From sequence record MN895435.1: 64,000 nucleotides of DNA; one strand, 5' to 3'. The DNA is from Escherichia phage teqhal. Under the pieces are notes generated by a model. It saw nothing but the letters and a program-made list of their open reading frames with translations. It ran no database searches and had not been told where the DNA came from. Shown piece after piece: positions 48,443 to 58,875 of this stretch. Both the position numbers and the translations under genes were made by a program. The first letter of the stretch is position 1. Each line of letters opens with the position of its first letter.

Positions 48443-49228
48443 TTATACTCTTGAACCATATATTGTACCAACCTTAGTCCAAGTTGGAGCATTACCAGTA
48501 ACAGCTTTACCGGCCGCGCCGCCGTTATATTCTGATCCTTGCCCACGAATATTACATTTACCACCTGCGGCACCAGCATCACCGCCATTCCCGCCATTAT
48601 AGATACCATTGACAGACCCTTTACCAGGTGCAGAAATAGTACCAGCAGTAGCGCCCTGTTCCATATTAGCAGACCCGCCAGCAGCACCAAATGGACGACC
48701 GCCGCCACCGCCAAAAGTCAATTTCATTTGTGAAAAAGGAGAATAATATCCGCCTCCACCGCCGCCACCGCCTCCTGCGATAACACCATTGTTGTTAATA
48801 CGCAATCTAGTTCCAATTCCATTATTTATTGCAGTTCCTCCTGCTCCACCGGCAGAGTTATTTCCGCCATTCCCGCCACGGCCCCAAACATGCACTCCTG
48901 AATTGATATTAAGTGTCACGTATGCATTAGTTAATGAGCTAGGAAAATCTAAGCATGGAACACCAGTAGATTGAGAAACAATATTTCCTGTAATAGTAAT
49001 AACAACAGGAGTACTGCCTTGGGCTTTTATCCAGTTTATTAATGTATCTTTATTATAAGAATTACTAGCACCAATGCTATAATATACTTCTTTAGATTGT
49101 CCGGCCATTGAGCTCATCCAACCGGGAACTGAAACACGGACTGCTCTCATTGCAGCATCCATCCAACGTTGTCCAGTTTCATTCACGGCAGATTCACCAA
49201 TCCAGCCAGGAACACCTACAATTGCCAT
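48443..49228 (-). CDS. 38: long tail fibre adhesin gp38 (T2 type, glycine-rich)
   Basis: 261 aa with repeated poly-Gly tracts (GGGGGGGGGYY, FGGGGGRPFGAAGG) between variable segments. Confidence 0.8.
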   Translation of the reverse strand: MAIVGVPGWIGESAVNETGQRWMDAAMRAVRVSVPGWMSSMAGQSKEVYYSIGASNSYNKDTLINWIKAQGSTPVVITITGNIVSQSTGVPCLDFPSSLTNAYVTLNINSGVHVWGRGGNGGNNSAGGAGGTAINNGIGTRLRINNNGVIAGGGGGGGGGYYSPFSQMKLTFGGGGGRPFGAAGGSANMEQGATAGTISAPGKGSVNGIYNGGNGGDAGAAGGKCNIRGQGSEYNGGAAGKAVTGNAPTWTKVGTIYGSRV

Positions 49229-49239
49229 TAAAAATCCTT

Positions 49240-49257
49240 AGAGGGCCGAAGCCCTCT
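49240..49257. other. palindromic hairpin AGAGGGCCGAAGCCCTCT between genes 37 and 38
   Basis: perfect inverted repeat in the 30 nt intergenic gap. Confidence 0.5.
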
Positions 49258-49258
49258 T

Positions 49259-52200
49259 TTACATAAGTTTAGATTCAAGTTCTTTTACACGAGAAGAAAG
49301 CGTTTTCACAGCTTCAACCAGAAGAGCAATCTGGGCTTGAGAAGAAACAGTGAGTATTTTATTACCCTTGCTGTCTTCTGTTTCACGGACGGCTTCTGGT
49401 AAAACGTCTTGTAACGTTTGAGCTACAATACCCGCTTCAGTTTCAATTGCCTCTCCACCGATGTATTCAGCTTTATCATAAATGACACCATTGAGTTTTT
49501 CAACTTTATCAAGTGCATTTTCGATAGGTTTGAAATTAGATTTTAAGCGAATATCAGAACGAATATAAACGTTTGGAGCATTTATATTTTTATATGAGTA
49601 CAAATCACCGTTTTGGAAACGGAATACTTGTACGCTGTTCGCATATATGTCTAATAATCCATCGCCATTTTGCTTAATACCAGTATCGCTATCACCAAAT
49701 GCTATACTATTTCCACCAAGTGCGTTATTGATATTAATACCAAATGAATTCATTTGGTTAACACCAGCTACAGTAGCATTATTTACTACAAAGCGGTTAG
49801 CTCCACCTGGAGCTTTTTCAAAGTAAGCAATATAGTTAGTTTCATCGGCAATTTCAATACGGTTACCACGAGAAGCATCGCCAGCATGAAATATTCTCAT
49901 ATTTCTTGGGTTAGCACCAGACTTATCAAAGTTAATAGAACCATTATCTTTGACATTTATGCTATTATAGAATAAAGCAGCACTGCGAACAGCTATGCCG
50001 TTATTCATTAATACTTCACCGGTTGTTAAGTTAATTGCGAAAGGACGCTTACTATTCCAATCACCGTTAACAGTTGCTTCGCCATCGGTGGCATTTTTAT
50101 CTGTAAACAGAATATAAAAACTACTGCCATCATTTCGTAGCATTGTAGCAACAGAACCAGTTTTATCGCTGTTGCTTCTAATACGAATACCAGTTTGGTT
50201 ATTAATAGCTATTTCAGAATCGGCTTCATAACGCTTAACTTTGCCGCGATCAACCAAGTTATTAAGAACATTAGCAACTTGCCCATCAACTGCTGTATCT
50301 GGAAGAGCATCCACAGGTGATTGGGTAGATGAGTTAATACCAATAACGCTAACAGTAGCATTTTCGGTACATGACCATTCACAAGTTAATTGATTGCAAT
50401 ATGTTCCGGCATAAACATAAATGTCATATGTATCTCCAGAGACGTTATTAACTGCAATATTTTTAAATGCAGCTGCAATTGTTCTTGTGTATAATACAGC
50501 ATTTAAGTCAGCAGGTCTTTCATTACTAGTACGTAAAACAATTTCAGCAATATTGCATTGTGTGAATAATCCACTATTAAATCCAGAACCACCGGCTATT
50601 TTAAAGAAGACCGTAGAAGTGGATTGTGGCATTGTTACTGTTGCAAACTTATACCATCCAGCAGTTGCTCCATAAGTAATAAATCCAGAATTAACTTTAC
50701 GATTTAGCGTGGTGTTTAAGTTAGCAAAGTTTCCTGAACCGCTAGTAATATTACCATCAGTTCCTAGTTGGGCATTTCCGACTTTAAGAGGTTTACTGAT
50801 TGACACGAAATTATCGCTTATAACAAGACCGTGTCCATAAGATTGACTATAAAGCGATAAATCACTTCCAGCGCCACCAAGACCAACATACCACGATCTA
50901 GTTCCAGCTTTAGAACCCTGCAAATAATTAGCAGAAGAAGATGAAGGAGAATCTAGAGTAAGCGCTGCATTACGTTCATTAATAGTTACTGGACATATCA
51001 TTTTAATAGTTTTAAGACTATTACTTACTTGTAATAATCCTGTACCAGATCCAGAATCTCCTAAATGAACATCATGCGACATTTTAACTGTGCCGGTGTT
51101 CAGTTCTATTATCAATGGTCTAAGATTACTTATACCGCCAGATTCTCCAGCATCTTTAGGAGTCGGGATAATATAAAGATTTCTTTCTGAGCGACGGAAA
51201 ATAGCACCATATTCGGCATTCCAAATTCTTAATGCATCAGCAGTTCCGCCGATTTTAACTTGTCCAGTAATAGAAGAACCACCTTGGACAAACAAACCAT
51301 TAGACATGGTAACATTACCGACTAAAGTGCTTAATCCATTAACTTTAAAACTTCCGTCAGTAATAATACTTCCTCTAGCATTAACAGCTCCAGCAAACTG
51401 GGTTACAACAGGACCAGTAGTTTCTGAGCCGCTTGGGGCTACACGCTGGGAATAAAAATAATAACCTTGTCCGTCAGCTACTTCAAAAACTGTTTCACGA
51501 TTACGATCGCCAGATGCGTTAAATGAATTACCCCACGCTTTAACAGTTACATAGCTTTTATTCTGACCAGCACGAGTACCGCCTTCCCACAAAATTTGCT
51601 TAGTGCCATCAATTGTAGTAGTTGGAGCGAATGTTAGCCCAGCAGTAGAATTATTAGCTGCTAAATATATGCCGTTATATATTGAAAGCTGCTTAACAGA
51701 TGTAATACCGCCATCAGCATAAAACATTACATTATTAGAGCCAGTTACCAATTTCAAAATACCTGGGTTAACTTCCATGCCTTCTTGAGTATTAATATTA
51801 GTTTTTCCTTTACCACGGAAATAGTGGTTCATTTTACCGCCAGAGTTATATCCAATGTGGGTTTGACCATCTCCAGCAGAGTTTTCATCAGCCTGTGTTT
51901 GAACCGATAAAAAAGCAGCGTTCGTTCCAGGCATAATCCATGTTCCGCCTTGGTCTTCTGAACGTCCAAATAATGCTTTACGAGTACTACGGAAACTGTC
52001 AGGAGTAATAGACGCGATAGAAAGACCATTAGCAACTAAATCATATACACCAGATCTTTTATATGATACACCAGTTGCGGCATCTCCAATGACTATATAG
52101 CATTCACCCATTGCTCCAGTGGAGCCGTAATTATTAATGTTTTCATCTGTTGTAATTGTACCAATTGCGAGTGAGCGTCGCAACACTAAAGACCCATCAT

Positions 52201-53041
52201 TGCGAAGGCCCATTTGTTTATTAACGGCTGTATTACCGGTCCACCAAGACAGTTCATCACTTTTTCCGGTTTGTGCAGAAGCTAATTCATGATAAATCGT
52301 ACCACCAGATTTTGCACGGAATTTACGAAGGTAATTAATTCCGTTTGTTTCACCAGTTCCAGGATAAACATATTGAACTAATGACTGCGAATCGTATTGT
52401 CCAAACGCTTTCGTATCAAATGAAATATTTTTAGTTACAACAGATGGACCAATCAAAGAACCTGTTCTTGTTTCAATATTACTCTGAGCGACTAAATACC
52501 CACCAGATACTAATAAATTACCAGAATCAACTTGAAAATTACCTGAGCGCGCAAATGTCCAATATTTAGATTGACCAGTTTCATCAATATAATGAATCTT
52601 CAACGAACCTTCAGAAACTAAAGTACCTAATGAAAAAGTTCCATCTTTAAAGCGCTGTTTAATTATAGGATTATATTCAGATGTGGAAGTAGCTGAGCTT
52701 AAATCTACAAAAATTGGAGCCTTTGCAGTGTGTTGACCGGACCAAGCCCCACTTCCAGTAGTACGATAATTAAACTCAATATATCCACCACTTGCTATAA
52801 TCTGCGGGCCAATTAAATTAAATTTTCCAGTCTGTGTATAATCACCAGTTTGAGTGATATTACCACTGATATTACCGCCAGCGGTAATGCTTAAGTCAAT
52901 GATATTTCCTGAATCGTCTTTAGTAAAAATTGTTCTATCTTTTAAGTTTATAGCCAATTCACCTTCGGCTAATACTGAAGCAGCAGGACGTTGACCTGCA
53001 GTTTTGCTTCTTTTAAATTGTATTTGTTTTAAAGTAGCCAT
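49259..53041 (-). CDS. 37: long tail fibre distal subunit gp37
   Basis: 1260 aa; Gly/Ser/Thr/Asn-rich fibre sequence; C-terminus SDIRLKSNFKPIENALDKVEKLNGVIYD resembles an intramolecular chaperone (S74-like) module. Confidence 0.85.
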   Translation of the reverse strand: MATLKQIQFKRSKTAGQRPAASVLAEGELAINLKDRTIFTKDDSGNIIDLSITAGGNISGNITQTGDYTQTGKFNLIGPQIIASGGYIEFNYRTTGSGAWSGQHTAKAPIFVDLSSATSTSEYNPIIKQRFKDGTFSLGTLVSEGSLKIHYIDETGQSKYWTFARSGNFQVDSGNLLVSGGYLVAQSNIETRTGSLIGPSVVTKNISFDTKAFGQYDSQSLVQYVYPGTGETNGINYLRKFRAKSGGTIYHELASAQTGKSDELSWWTGNTAVNKQMGLRNDGSLVLRRSLAIGTITTDENINNYGSTGAMGECYIVIGDAATGVSYKRSGVYDLVANGLSIASITPDSFRSTRKALFGRSEDQGGTWIMPGTNAAFLSVQTQADENSAGDGQTHIGYNSGGKMNHYFRGKGKTNINTQEGMEVNPGILKLVTGSNNVMFYADGGITSVKQLSIYNGIYLAANNSTAGLTFAPTTTIDGTKQILWEGGTRAGQNKSYVTVKAWGNSFNASGDRNRETVFEVADGQGYYFYSQRVAPSGSETTGPVVTQFAGAVNARGSIITDGSFKVNGLSTLVGNVTMSNGLFVQGGSSITGQVKIGGTADALRIWNAEYGAIFRRSERNLYIIPTPKDAGESGGISNLRPLIIELNTGTVKMSHDVHLGDSGSGTGLLQVSNSLKTIKMICPVTINERNAALTLDSPSSSSANYLQGSKAGTRSWYVGLGGAGSDLSLYSQSYGHGLVISDNFVSISKPLKVGNAQLGTDGNITSGSGNFANLNTTLNRKVNSGFITYGATAGWYKFATVTMPQSTSTVFFKIAGGSGFNSGLFTQCNIAEIVLRTSNERPADLNAVLYTRTIAAAFKNIAVNNVSGDTYDIYVYAGTYCNQLTCEWSCTENATVSVIGINSSTQSPVDALPDTAVDGQVANVLNNLVDRGKVKRYEADSEIAINNQTGIRIRSNSDKTGSVATMLRNDGSSFYILFTDKNATDGEATVNGDWNSKRPFAINLTTGEVLMNNGIAVRSAALFYNSINVKDNGSINFDKSGANPRNMRIFHAGDASRGNRIEIADETNYIAYFEKAPGGANRFVVNNATVAGVNQMNSFGININNALGGNSIAFGDSDTGIKQNGDGLLDIYANSVQVFRFQNGDLYSYKNINAPNVYIRSDIRLKSNFKPIENALDKVEKLNGVIYDKAEYIGGEAIETEAGIVAQTLQDVLPEAVRETEDSKGNKILTVSSQAQIALLVEAVKTLSSRVKELESKLM

Positions 53042-53049
53042 AAGTCCTC

Positions 53050-53715
53050 TTAATAATAGCCGAAATCTTGAACAGAATCCTTAATTACGATTTGATCAAA
53101 TCGCGGAACGTGAGAAGGTTGAGACGCAGGATTCTGTGAGAAAAAGTTTGGCGCGGTTAAATTACCTATCATAGTGTCGCCAGAACGCAACACTCTAGAG
53201 TTCGCATTTGCTGTAACAGTATTTATTGCTCCATCAACATAGTCCTTTCTAGTAAGGTCATTCGCTGCTATAGGAGCAGCTGCATCACTTCTTACTTGAC
53301 CTGCCGCAGACACAACACCTTTTGTGCTAATATCACCATTACGTGCATTAATTACAACAGTTCGGGCTGCTGAACCCTGCGATGATTTAAAACCAATACC
53401 ATTCCACGAAACAATATCAATATTTGCTACAGCAAAAGTAGCATTATCACCGTTACCTGGATAAATACCGCATGGGTTTGTGTTGTTTACAGCATACGGG
53501 ACTTGGACGCCGCCGTTAAATGTTACCTTTGATGCATAAGTACCACCATTAGCTTTAGAAACGAAATCGTTATCTGCAGCTTGTGGTTTGTTATATTCTG
53601 AATATATTTTAAATGATTTATAGAGTACATCGTCACCGGCCGGATTCAATGGAAAATTTCCTTGATGCCAAATGACAGAGCCTCCAGCTGTTGAACCTAC
53701 TTTTAAATCAGCCAT
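53050..53715 (-). CDS. 36: long tail fibre subunit gp36
   Basis: 221 aa, same length and position as T4 gp36. Confidence 0.8.
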   Translation of the reverse strand: MADLKVGSTAGGSVIWHQGNFPLNPAGDDVLYKSFKIYSEYNKPQAADNDFVSKANGGTYASKVTFNGGVQVPYAVNNTNPCGIYPGNGDNATFAVANIDIVSWNGIGFKSSQGSAARTVVINARNGDISTKGVVSAAGQVRSDAAAPIAANDLTRKDYVDGAINTVTANANSRVLRSGDTMIGNLTAPNFFSQNPASQPSHVPRFDQIVIKDSVQDFGYY

Positions 53716-53738
53716 TGTATGCCCCTTTATTTTAATAG

Positions 53739-53746
53739 TATTTATA
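53739..53746 (-). promoter_or_regulatory. late promoter TATAAATA (minus strand) upstream of gene 36
   Basis: plus-strand TATTTATA about 24 nt upstream of gp36 start. Confidence 0.55.
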
Positions 53747-53777
53747 AAGAAAAAGGGAACCCGAAGGCTCCCTCAAT

Positions 53778-54893
53778 TTATACTTCTCTAAATTCTTGCC
53801 CAAACACTTTACCAGTTTTAGACGATGCTTGTGTAGGAAGTACCATTATATCCGGAGGTGAAGCAGATTCACAGATATAATTAACACGAATGCCGTTGAC
53901 GCCAAATTCAGCGGGTTTTGAAATTCCGCCATTTCTTGATACTTCAGAAAAGCTTAAATTTCGCATACCGCCTTGTCCCGCTTGAGCAGTTCTTTGTGCA
54001 TATATCGTAAATCCAACTGCATTTTCTGGAACAACTACATAATCTTCCTTTAATTCCCAAGACCCAGCTTGTCCAGTAAACTCAGCTTGTGTCGAGGAAA
54101 TATATCCGTTAGATGCATTATAAAAACGGATAGATATATTTGTTGTTCCAAGAGCAAGTAAATCGGCATCAGCATATAACTGGGCTTTAAGATAAAGAAC
54201 GTCACCAGGAATTAAATTATAATCAGAGAGTTTACTTATAGCAGCTGAAGTTGGTAGACGCGCAATTTCGTTATTAGTTCCACCAACCGCTGACATGAAT
54301 TGCTCAACACTTTCATACGTTCTTCTTGGAAACCCGGTAGCTCCGACATCTTCTAAACTGTCAAATACAACATCTAAAATAGTTTGATAATCATCTGTGC
54401 TTTTTCTATTACTTAATTTAACATGCTCTAATGCGATAGCTCTTTTAGAAGAAGTGTAAAAAGCAGCATATGATACATCAAATCTCGACAATATAGAGTC
54501 AGATGGAAAAGCAGACGTTCCGGCGGTTCTTAACCAAGATACTACTTCAGGAGGAAAATTAACCTTTCCGTTAGTTAATATAGCAACAATTCGATTATTC
54601 GTCAAAGAATTCATGAAATTAACAAAAGCAGCTGATGTAGTATCATTTGAAGTCGAAAAAGCATATGACTTACTATCAACTAATGCTCCTGTAGAAGGGT
54701 CAAAAACTCTTAAATGAAGGCCTGCGCTAAATGTTTGACTTCCGACAGGATTATCCTGAAATTTAACGTATGGTCCTGCTGTAGAAAGCGGGCAAGAACC
54801 CGCTATGCTTATTTTATATCTTACTGAATTGCTTTCCGATAAAAATGGCGTTTGGACATATCCTTGTCCAAACTCTGCCATAAATTTTTCCAT
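53778..54893 (-). CDS. 35: long tail fibre hinge protein gp35
   Basis: 371 aa, MEKFMAEFGQGYVQTPFLSES matches remembered T4 gp35. Confidence 0.85.
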   Translation of the reverse strand: MEKFMAEFGQGYVQTPFLSESNSVRYKISIAGSCPLSTAGPYVKFQDNPVGSQTFSAGLHLRVFDPSTGALVDSKSYAFSTSNDTTSAAFVNFMNSLTNNRIVAILTNGKVNFPPEVVSWLRTAGTSAFPSDSILSRFDVSYAAFYTSSKRAIALEHVKLSNRKSTDDYQTILDVVFDSLEDVGATGFPRRTYESVEQFMSAVGGTNNEIARLPTSAAISKLSDYNLIPGDVLYLKAQLYADADLLALGTTNISIRFYNASNGYISSTQAEFTGQAGSWELKEDYVVVPENAVGFTIYAQRTAQAGQGGMRNLSFSEVSRNGGISKPAEFGVNGIRVNYICESASPPDIMVLPTQASSKTGKVFGQEFREV

Positions 54894-54901
54894 AATACCT
54901 C

Positions 54902-57900
54902 TTATTCAACCCATTCAAATTTAACAGTTTTATTCACTGGGTCAGGAATAATGCGAACATTACCAATTCGTAAGAAATCACGAATAGTAAGATTCCCCAT
55001 TGTAGCATTATCAGATGGTAAAGCACCGATATCAGACGGCTGAGGAGGGTTACCTCCGTCAAATACCTGAACAAAACTTGACCAAGAGTTTTTGGTTTTC
55101 TGCCATGTACGTGTCCAGCGAGTGGTACGCGCTTCTGGTGTCGTTGGATAAGTAATCCAATCTTGGTAAAGCGAATCAAGTGTGTTACCAAACTGTGTCA
55201 GTGTACCAGGAGATTTAACTTCTTCGCCACGTTCTAAGTATGGAAGTCCAGTCACTTCATTAGTTTTTTCAACCATTTTAAAATAACCTGGGAACTGGTT
55301 ATAAGTGGCTGAATCGTTAATATCGATTGACCAGAATCCTACCGTATCAGATGTTGGCGCACGGGTATATAAATCAGATGTTTTAGTACCCTGAGAACGA
55401 ATTCTCGAGTTAACAGTTAAACCGCCTGAATTTATAGTAGCACCTTTGGCAATGATTAAGCTTTCACCAATTGTGACTTGACCGGATTGATTATTAATTG
55501 ATAATGGACGTAATCCATTAAATCCACCGGTCTGATCACCAGATGCAGTAAGCATAAAATATGTGCTGCCGCCATCATTCCTGATAAAGAATCCATAATC
55601 ACCGTTTATTGCTCTGAAAGCATTTGCAGACTTGCTAATGAATTCACCATTGGCTGTAACTGAACTACCAAATGTTGCTACGCCATTCGCATTCAATGAA
55701 CCGGAAGCGTTAACATTTATTGGCATCACAGTACCATTAATGCTAAACGTAATATTACCAGCTTTATTACGTTGAGAATAAAAGTGATTAGATGTTTCAT
55801 CACCAACTTCAAATACAGTAGAACGCGTTGTATCTGATCCGCCACTAAACTGATTTCCCCAAACTCTGATAGTCATCGTCTGTGCTGGGTTAGTTCCAGT
55901 TTGAGGTCCTTTCTCAAAAATCAGACGAGTTGCTGTTCCAGTATTAGAAATAGTTAATGTACTATTTGCCGAAACTGAACCACCAAACGTAGCAGTACTA
56001 GATGATACAAGAGGGGCACTCAGATTCGTTTGTTGGGTTAAGGTTAGTGAACCATTAACCGTCTGTGCAATATCCCTACGAATGAACTGAGATGAATCTA
56101 GACCATCCAATAAATTACTATCTGCAGCTTTTGCTTTTAACGGTAAATAATTTGCTAATACACGGTTTAATTCATATGGTGATATTGCATAGCTATTTTT
56201 CTCATACAGTTCTAAATCTTGGGTAGAACCGACTGTATCATTACCAACGAACGTAATTGAACCAGATGAAGTTTTAACAAAACCTCTTACCGCAGTAGTA
56301 GCTGCCCAGGTAGGTTCACTCTGCACAATCCATTTTAAATTTTTTGGAGATACAGCAGTATTTGCTGATGCTCCAGTCACAGTTTCAGACTGAGTTGCAA
56401 CTTTAATAACACCTTCCTGTGATTCGGTAGATTTAGTACTTAAAAGCTTTTTAGGAGTTATTAAAACATTATCTAATGTTCCTGTAGCAGCTTCAACTTG
56501 TGTAGCTACACGAAGTGTACCACGTTGCGTCTCATTTGCTTCAAGAATATTAAGGGTATAATGGTCCCAGAGAGTTCCTGATTCAACTAATCCAGATAGA
56601 GCAACAACAGAAGTACGATCAGTACTATTAAATCTGGTTTTAATTTTTAATGGTGTAGAGATACGAGTATCGTCGACGCCTGCGTCGAATTCAACTTGTG
56701 TAGCAATTTCAGCTATACCACTTAAACTTTCAGTTGCTCTACGGTCATTTAAAGTTTTAGGAGTGACTGCACGAGTATAATCAGTTCCTGTATTAACTTC
56801 ACTTTGCGTAGCAATTTCAATTAAACCAATTCTTCCATCAGTTGATGTCTTTTTATGTAACGTTTCTGGCGTTACAACAGCATTTGCCCATCCTTCTTGA
56901 CTCTGTCCAGCAATTACTTCACTTTCAACTGCTAAAATTACTGCACCTTGTTGCGTTGGAGTAGCTTTATACTGATCCAAAGCTTTAGGTGAAACAACTA
57001 AATTATTAGTGTTTTTATTATAAACGTTTGTACCATTTAATTCACGACTAGAAGCTGGAGTAGCGCCTGCGGTAGATACAAAAGTTACAATACCAGATAA
57101 TGATTCAGAACCTTGACGAGCTTGAAGCTTTTTAGGAGTGATGATTGTAGTATCATCGGTTCCTGCATTAGTTTCTTGCTGCGTAGCAATTTCAGCAACA
57201 CCTCTGCGAGTTTCTGTAGCAGTTCTTTCATTCAGCTTTTTAGGAGTAATGATAAGGTCATCTGCAAAAGAGAATGTGGTGTTCTGATTCACTTGAGCAG
57301 TAGTTGCTATTCTTGCAATACCTCTGCGAGTTTCTGTAGCAGTACGGTTAGCTAATGTTTCTGGAGTAATTGCTAATTCTTTTTGTGGAGAATTTTCTAA
57401 ATCGACATTAGCTTGAGCTTGTGTAGCTAAAGCAATTACGCCTAATCTTGCTCTAGTAGAATCATTCAAAGAGTCTACTCTTTCTACGGTTGGAACGTTT
57501 TGTTGTACAACCCAGTATTTTCCATCAGAATCTTCTATATAAGCAAGTTGTAAAACTGGAACATAATTAGTTTCACCGTTAAAAACTAATTCTTGAACAG
57601 TTACCCATTCAGCTTCAGGCGGATATTCTGAACGTTTTGGGAATTGCAGCAATTGAACTGAAGAAGCAATTTTATCTTCACCGGCAGCTTTGATTTTAAC
57701 TGTTTGTCCTTTTCTCATGTAATTCATGGAAATTTTAACAGTATCACCAACAGAAATATTAGTTGGAAGCTGAAGCTCAATTGTTTGAGTTGTTCCGTTA
57801 TTCGCACCAAATACCATAACTTCTTCGTTTGGACGAATATTAGAATTAGTCGTTATAATGCGTAAACGTGCTTTACTATCCCCGTCAAACAATCTCCACA

Positions 57901-58771
57901 ATTTCTCATTATCATCAAACATCAAGAAACCGTCAATCGATGTACGGCCTTCAATGGAATGAGTTCCAACTTCTTGTACTGAAGTCGTTTCATCGTATGT
58001 AGTAACAATTGTATGATAAAGTGGATTCAGTTTATCTAAATCAACGAAATTAATAATATCGCCATGATTAGCAAATCTTGGAAGTTTAACATTAATTGGT
58101 GCAGCAGAAGTAAATCTACGTACGATAAAATCATTTGATTGCGCTTGATAAGTATTCGCTGGTGTTACAACTACAGCTTCTCTACTATAATCAGCAACAT
58201 ACATTTGCCACAGACGATTACTAAAAATTAAAACTAGCTGTGACTTTGGATGAGTCATTAGTACTGAACGTACTTGTTGACCTCTGAAGTTTACAATACT
58301 TTGCACCGGAGCTACAATTAAAACTTGGTTAACTCCAGGTTTTCCTCCAATATCTTGGAGAACGATAGTATCACCATCAATTGGGGTAGATGGTAAAGTA
58401 AATGTAATATCATTACCAGCTGCGGTGTTAACCGAAATAGCTTCACCAGATTTTAATTGATATGAACCAGATGAAACCGTAATCCAGTTAGCATCGGTAC
58501 GTAATGCTCTCCAGCGTCCGCTATTAAAAGCTCCTGCCGGTTTTGGAATATCATTTATAGCAGCCCAAAAGCGGTTATCATAAATGATTACAAAATCTTT
58601 TAAATATCCACGAGTTGGATCGTATTGTTGAACTGTGTTTTCTTGAATTAAGTAATCAACGTTAACACCGTCAGTTCCTACGGTACGATCAGCTAAAGCT
58701 ACGTTGATTATTTTATCACCACCTGCGTCCAGACCGTCTTCTGCTCTGAACTTTCTTTTAATCTCGGCCAT
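54902..58771 (-). CDS. 34: long tail fibre proximal subunit gp34
   Basis: 1289 aa, same length as T4 gp34, internal ATETRRG-type repeats. Confidence 0.9.
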   Translation of the reverse strand: MAEIKRKFRAEDGLDAGGDKIINVALADRTVGTDGVNVDYLIQENTVQQYDPTRGYLKDFVIIYDNRFWAAINDIPKPAGAFNSGRWRALRTDANWITVSSGSYQLKSGEAISVNTAAGNDITFTLPSTPIDGDTIVLQDIGGKPGVNQVLIVAPVQSIVNFRGQQVRSVLMTHPKSQLVLIFSNRLWQMYVADYSREAVVVTPANTYQAQSNDFIVRRFTSAAPINVKLPRFANHGDIINFVDLDKLNPLYHTIVTTYDETTSVQEVGTHSIEGRTSIDGFLMFDDNEKLWRLFDGDSKARLRIITTNSNIRPNEEVMVFGANNGTTQTIELQLPTNISVGDTVKISMNYMRKGQTVKIKAAGEDKIASSVQLLQFPKRSEYPPEAEWVTVQELVFNGETNYVPVLQLAYIEDSDGKYWVVQQNVPTVERVDSLNDSTRARLGVIALATQAQANVDLENSPQKELAITPETLANRTATETRRGIARIATTAQVNQNTTFSFADDLIITPKKLNERTATETRRGVAEIATQQETNAGTDDTTIITPKKLQARQGSESLSGIVTFVSTAGATPASSRELNGTNVYNKNTNNLVVSPKALDQYKATPTQQGAVILAVESEVIAGQSQEGWANAVVTPETLHKKTSTDGRIGLIEIATQSEVNTGTDYTRAVTPKTLNDRRATESLSGIAEIATQVEFDAGVDDTRISTPLKIKTRFNSTDRTSVVALSGLVESGTLWDHYTLNILEANETQRGTLRVATQVEAATGTLDNVLITPKKLLSTKSTESQEGVIKVATQSETVTGASANTAVSPKNLKWIVQSEPTWAATTAVRGFVKTSSGSITFVGNDTVGSTQDLELYEKNSYAISPYELNRVLANYLPLKAKAADSNLLDGLDSSQFIRRDIAQTVNGSLTLTQQTNLSAPLVSSSTATFGGSVSANSTLTISNTGTATRLIFEKGPQTGTNPAQTMTIRVWGNQFSGGSDTTRSTVFEVGDETSNHFYSQRNKAGNITFSINGTVMPINVNASGSLNANGVATFGSSVTANGEFISKSANAFRAINGDYGFFIRNDGGSTYFMLTASGDQTGGFNGLRPLSINNQSGQVTIGESLIIAKGATINSGGLTVNSRIRSQGTKTSDLYTRAPTSDTVGFWSIDINDSATYNQFPGYFKMVEKTNEVTGLPYLERGEEVKSPGTLTQFGNTLDSLYQDWITYPTTPEARTTRWTRTWQKTKNSWSSFVQVFDGGNPPQPSDIGALPSDNATMGNLTIRDFLRIGNVRIIPDPVNKTVKFEWVE

Positions 58772-58805
58772 TCTCCCGGGCTCCTATTGTGTTTTCAATA
58801 ATAAG

Positions 58806-58813
58806 TATTTATA
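58806..58813 (-). promoter_or_regulatory. late promoter TATAAATA (minus strand) upstream of gene 34
   Basis: plus-strand TATTTATA about 35 nt upstream of gp34 start. Confidence 0.55.
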
Positions 58814-58816
58814 CTT

Positions 58817-58847
58817 GTTTACTTTAAGATTTGGATGGTATATAATA
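58817..58847 (+). promoter_or_regulatory. T4-type early promoter for rnh (divergent from the gene 34 late promoter)
   Basis: GTTTACTTTAAGATTTGGATGGTATATAATAG. Confidence 0.5.
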
Positions 58848-58875
58848 GAAATCTCACTAATTGAACGAGGTTCAT

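Noticed and set aside
49754-52035. Plus-strand ORFs embedded in the tail fibre genes (49754..49975, 50421..50675, 54852..55043, 57113..57355) and minus-strand ORFs 48436..48714, 51829..52035, 54934..55191
   Set aside because: Internal to the large minus-strand late genes 34, 37 and 38 with no start context; they are shadow frames of Gly/Ser/Thr-rich coding sequence.
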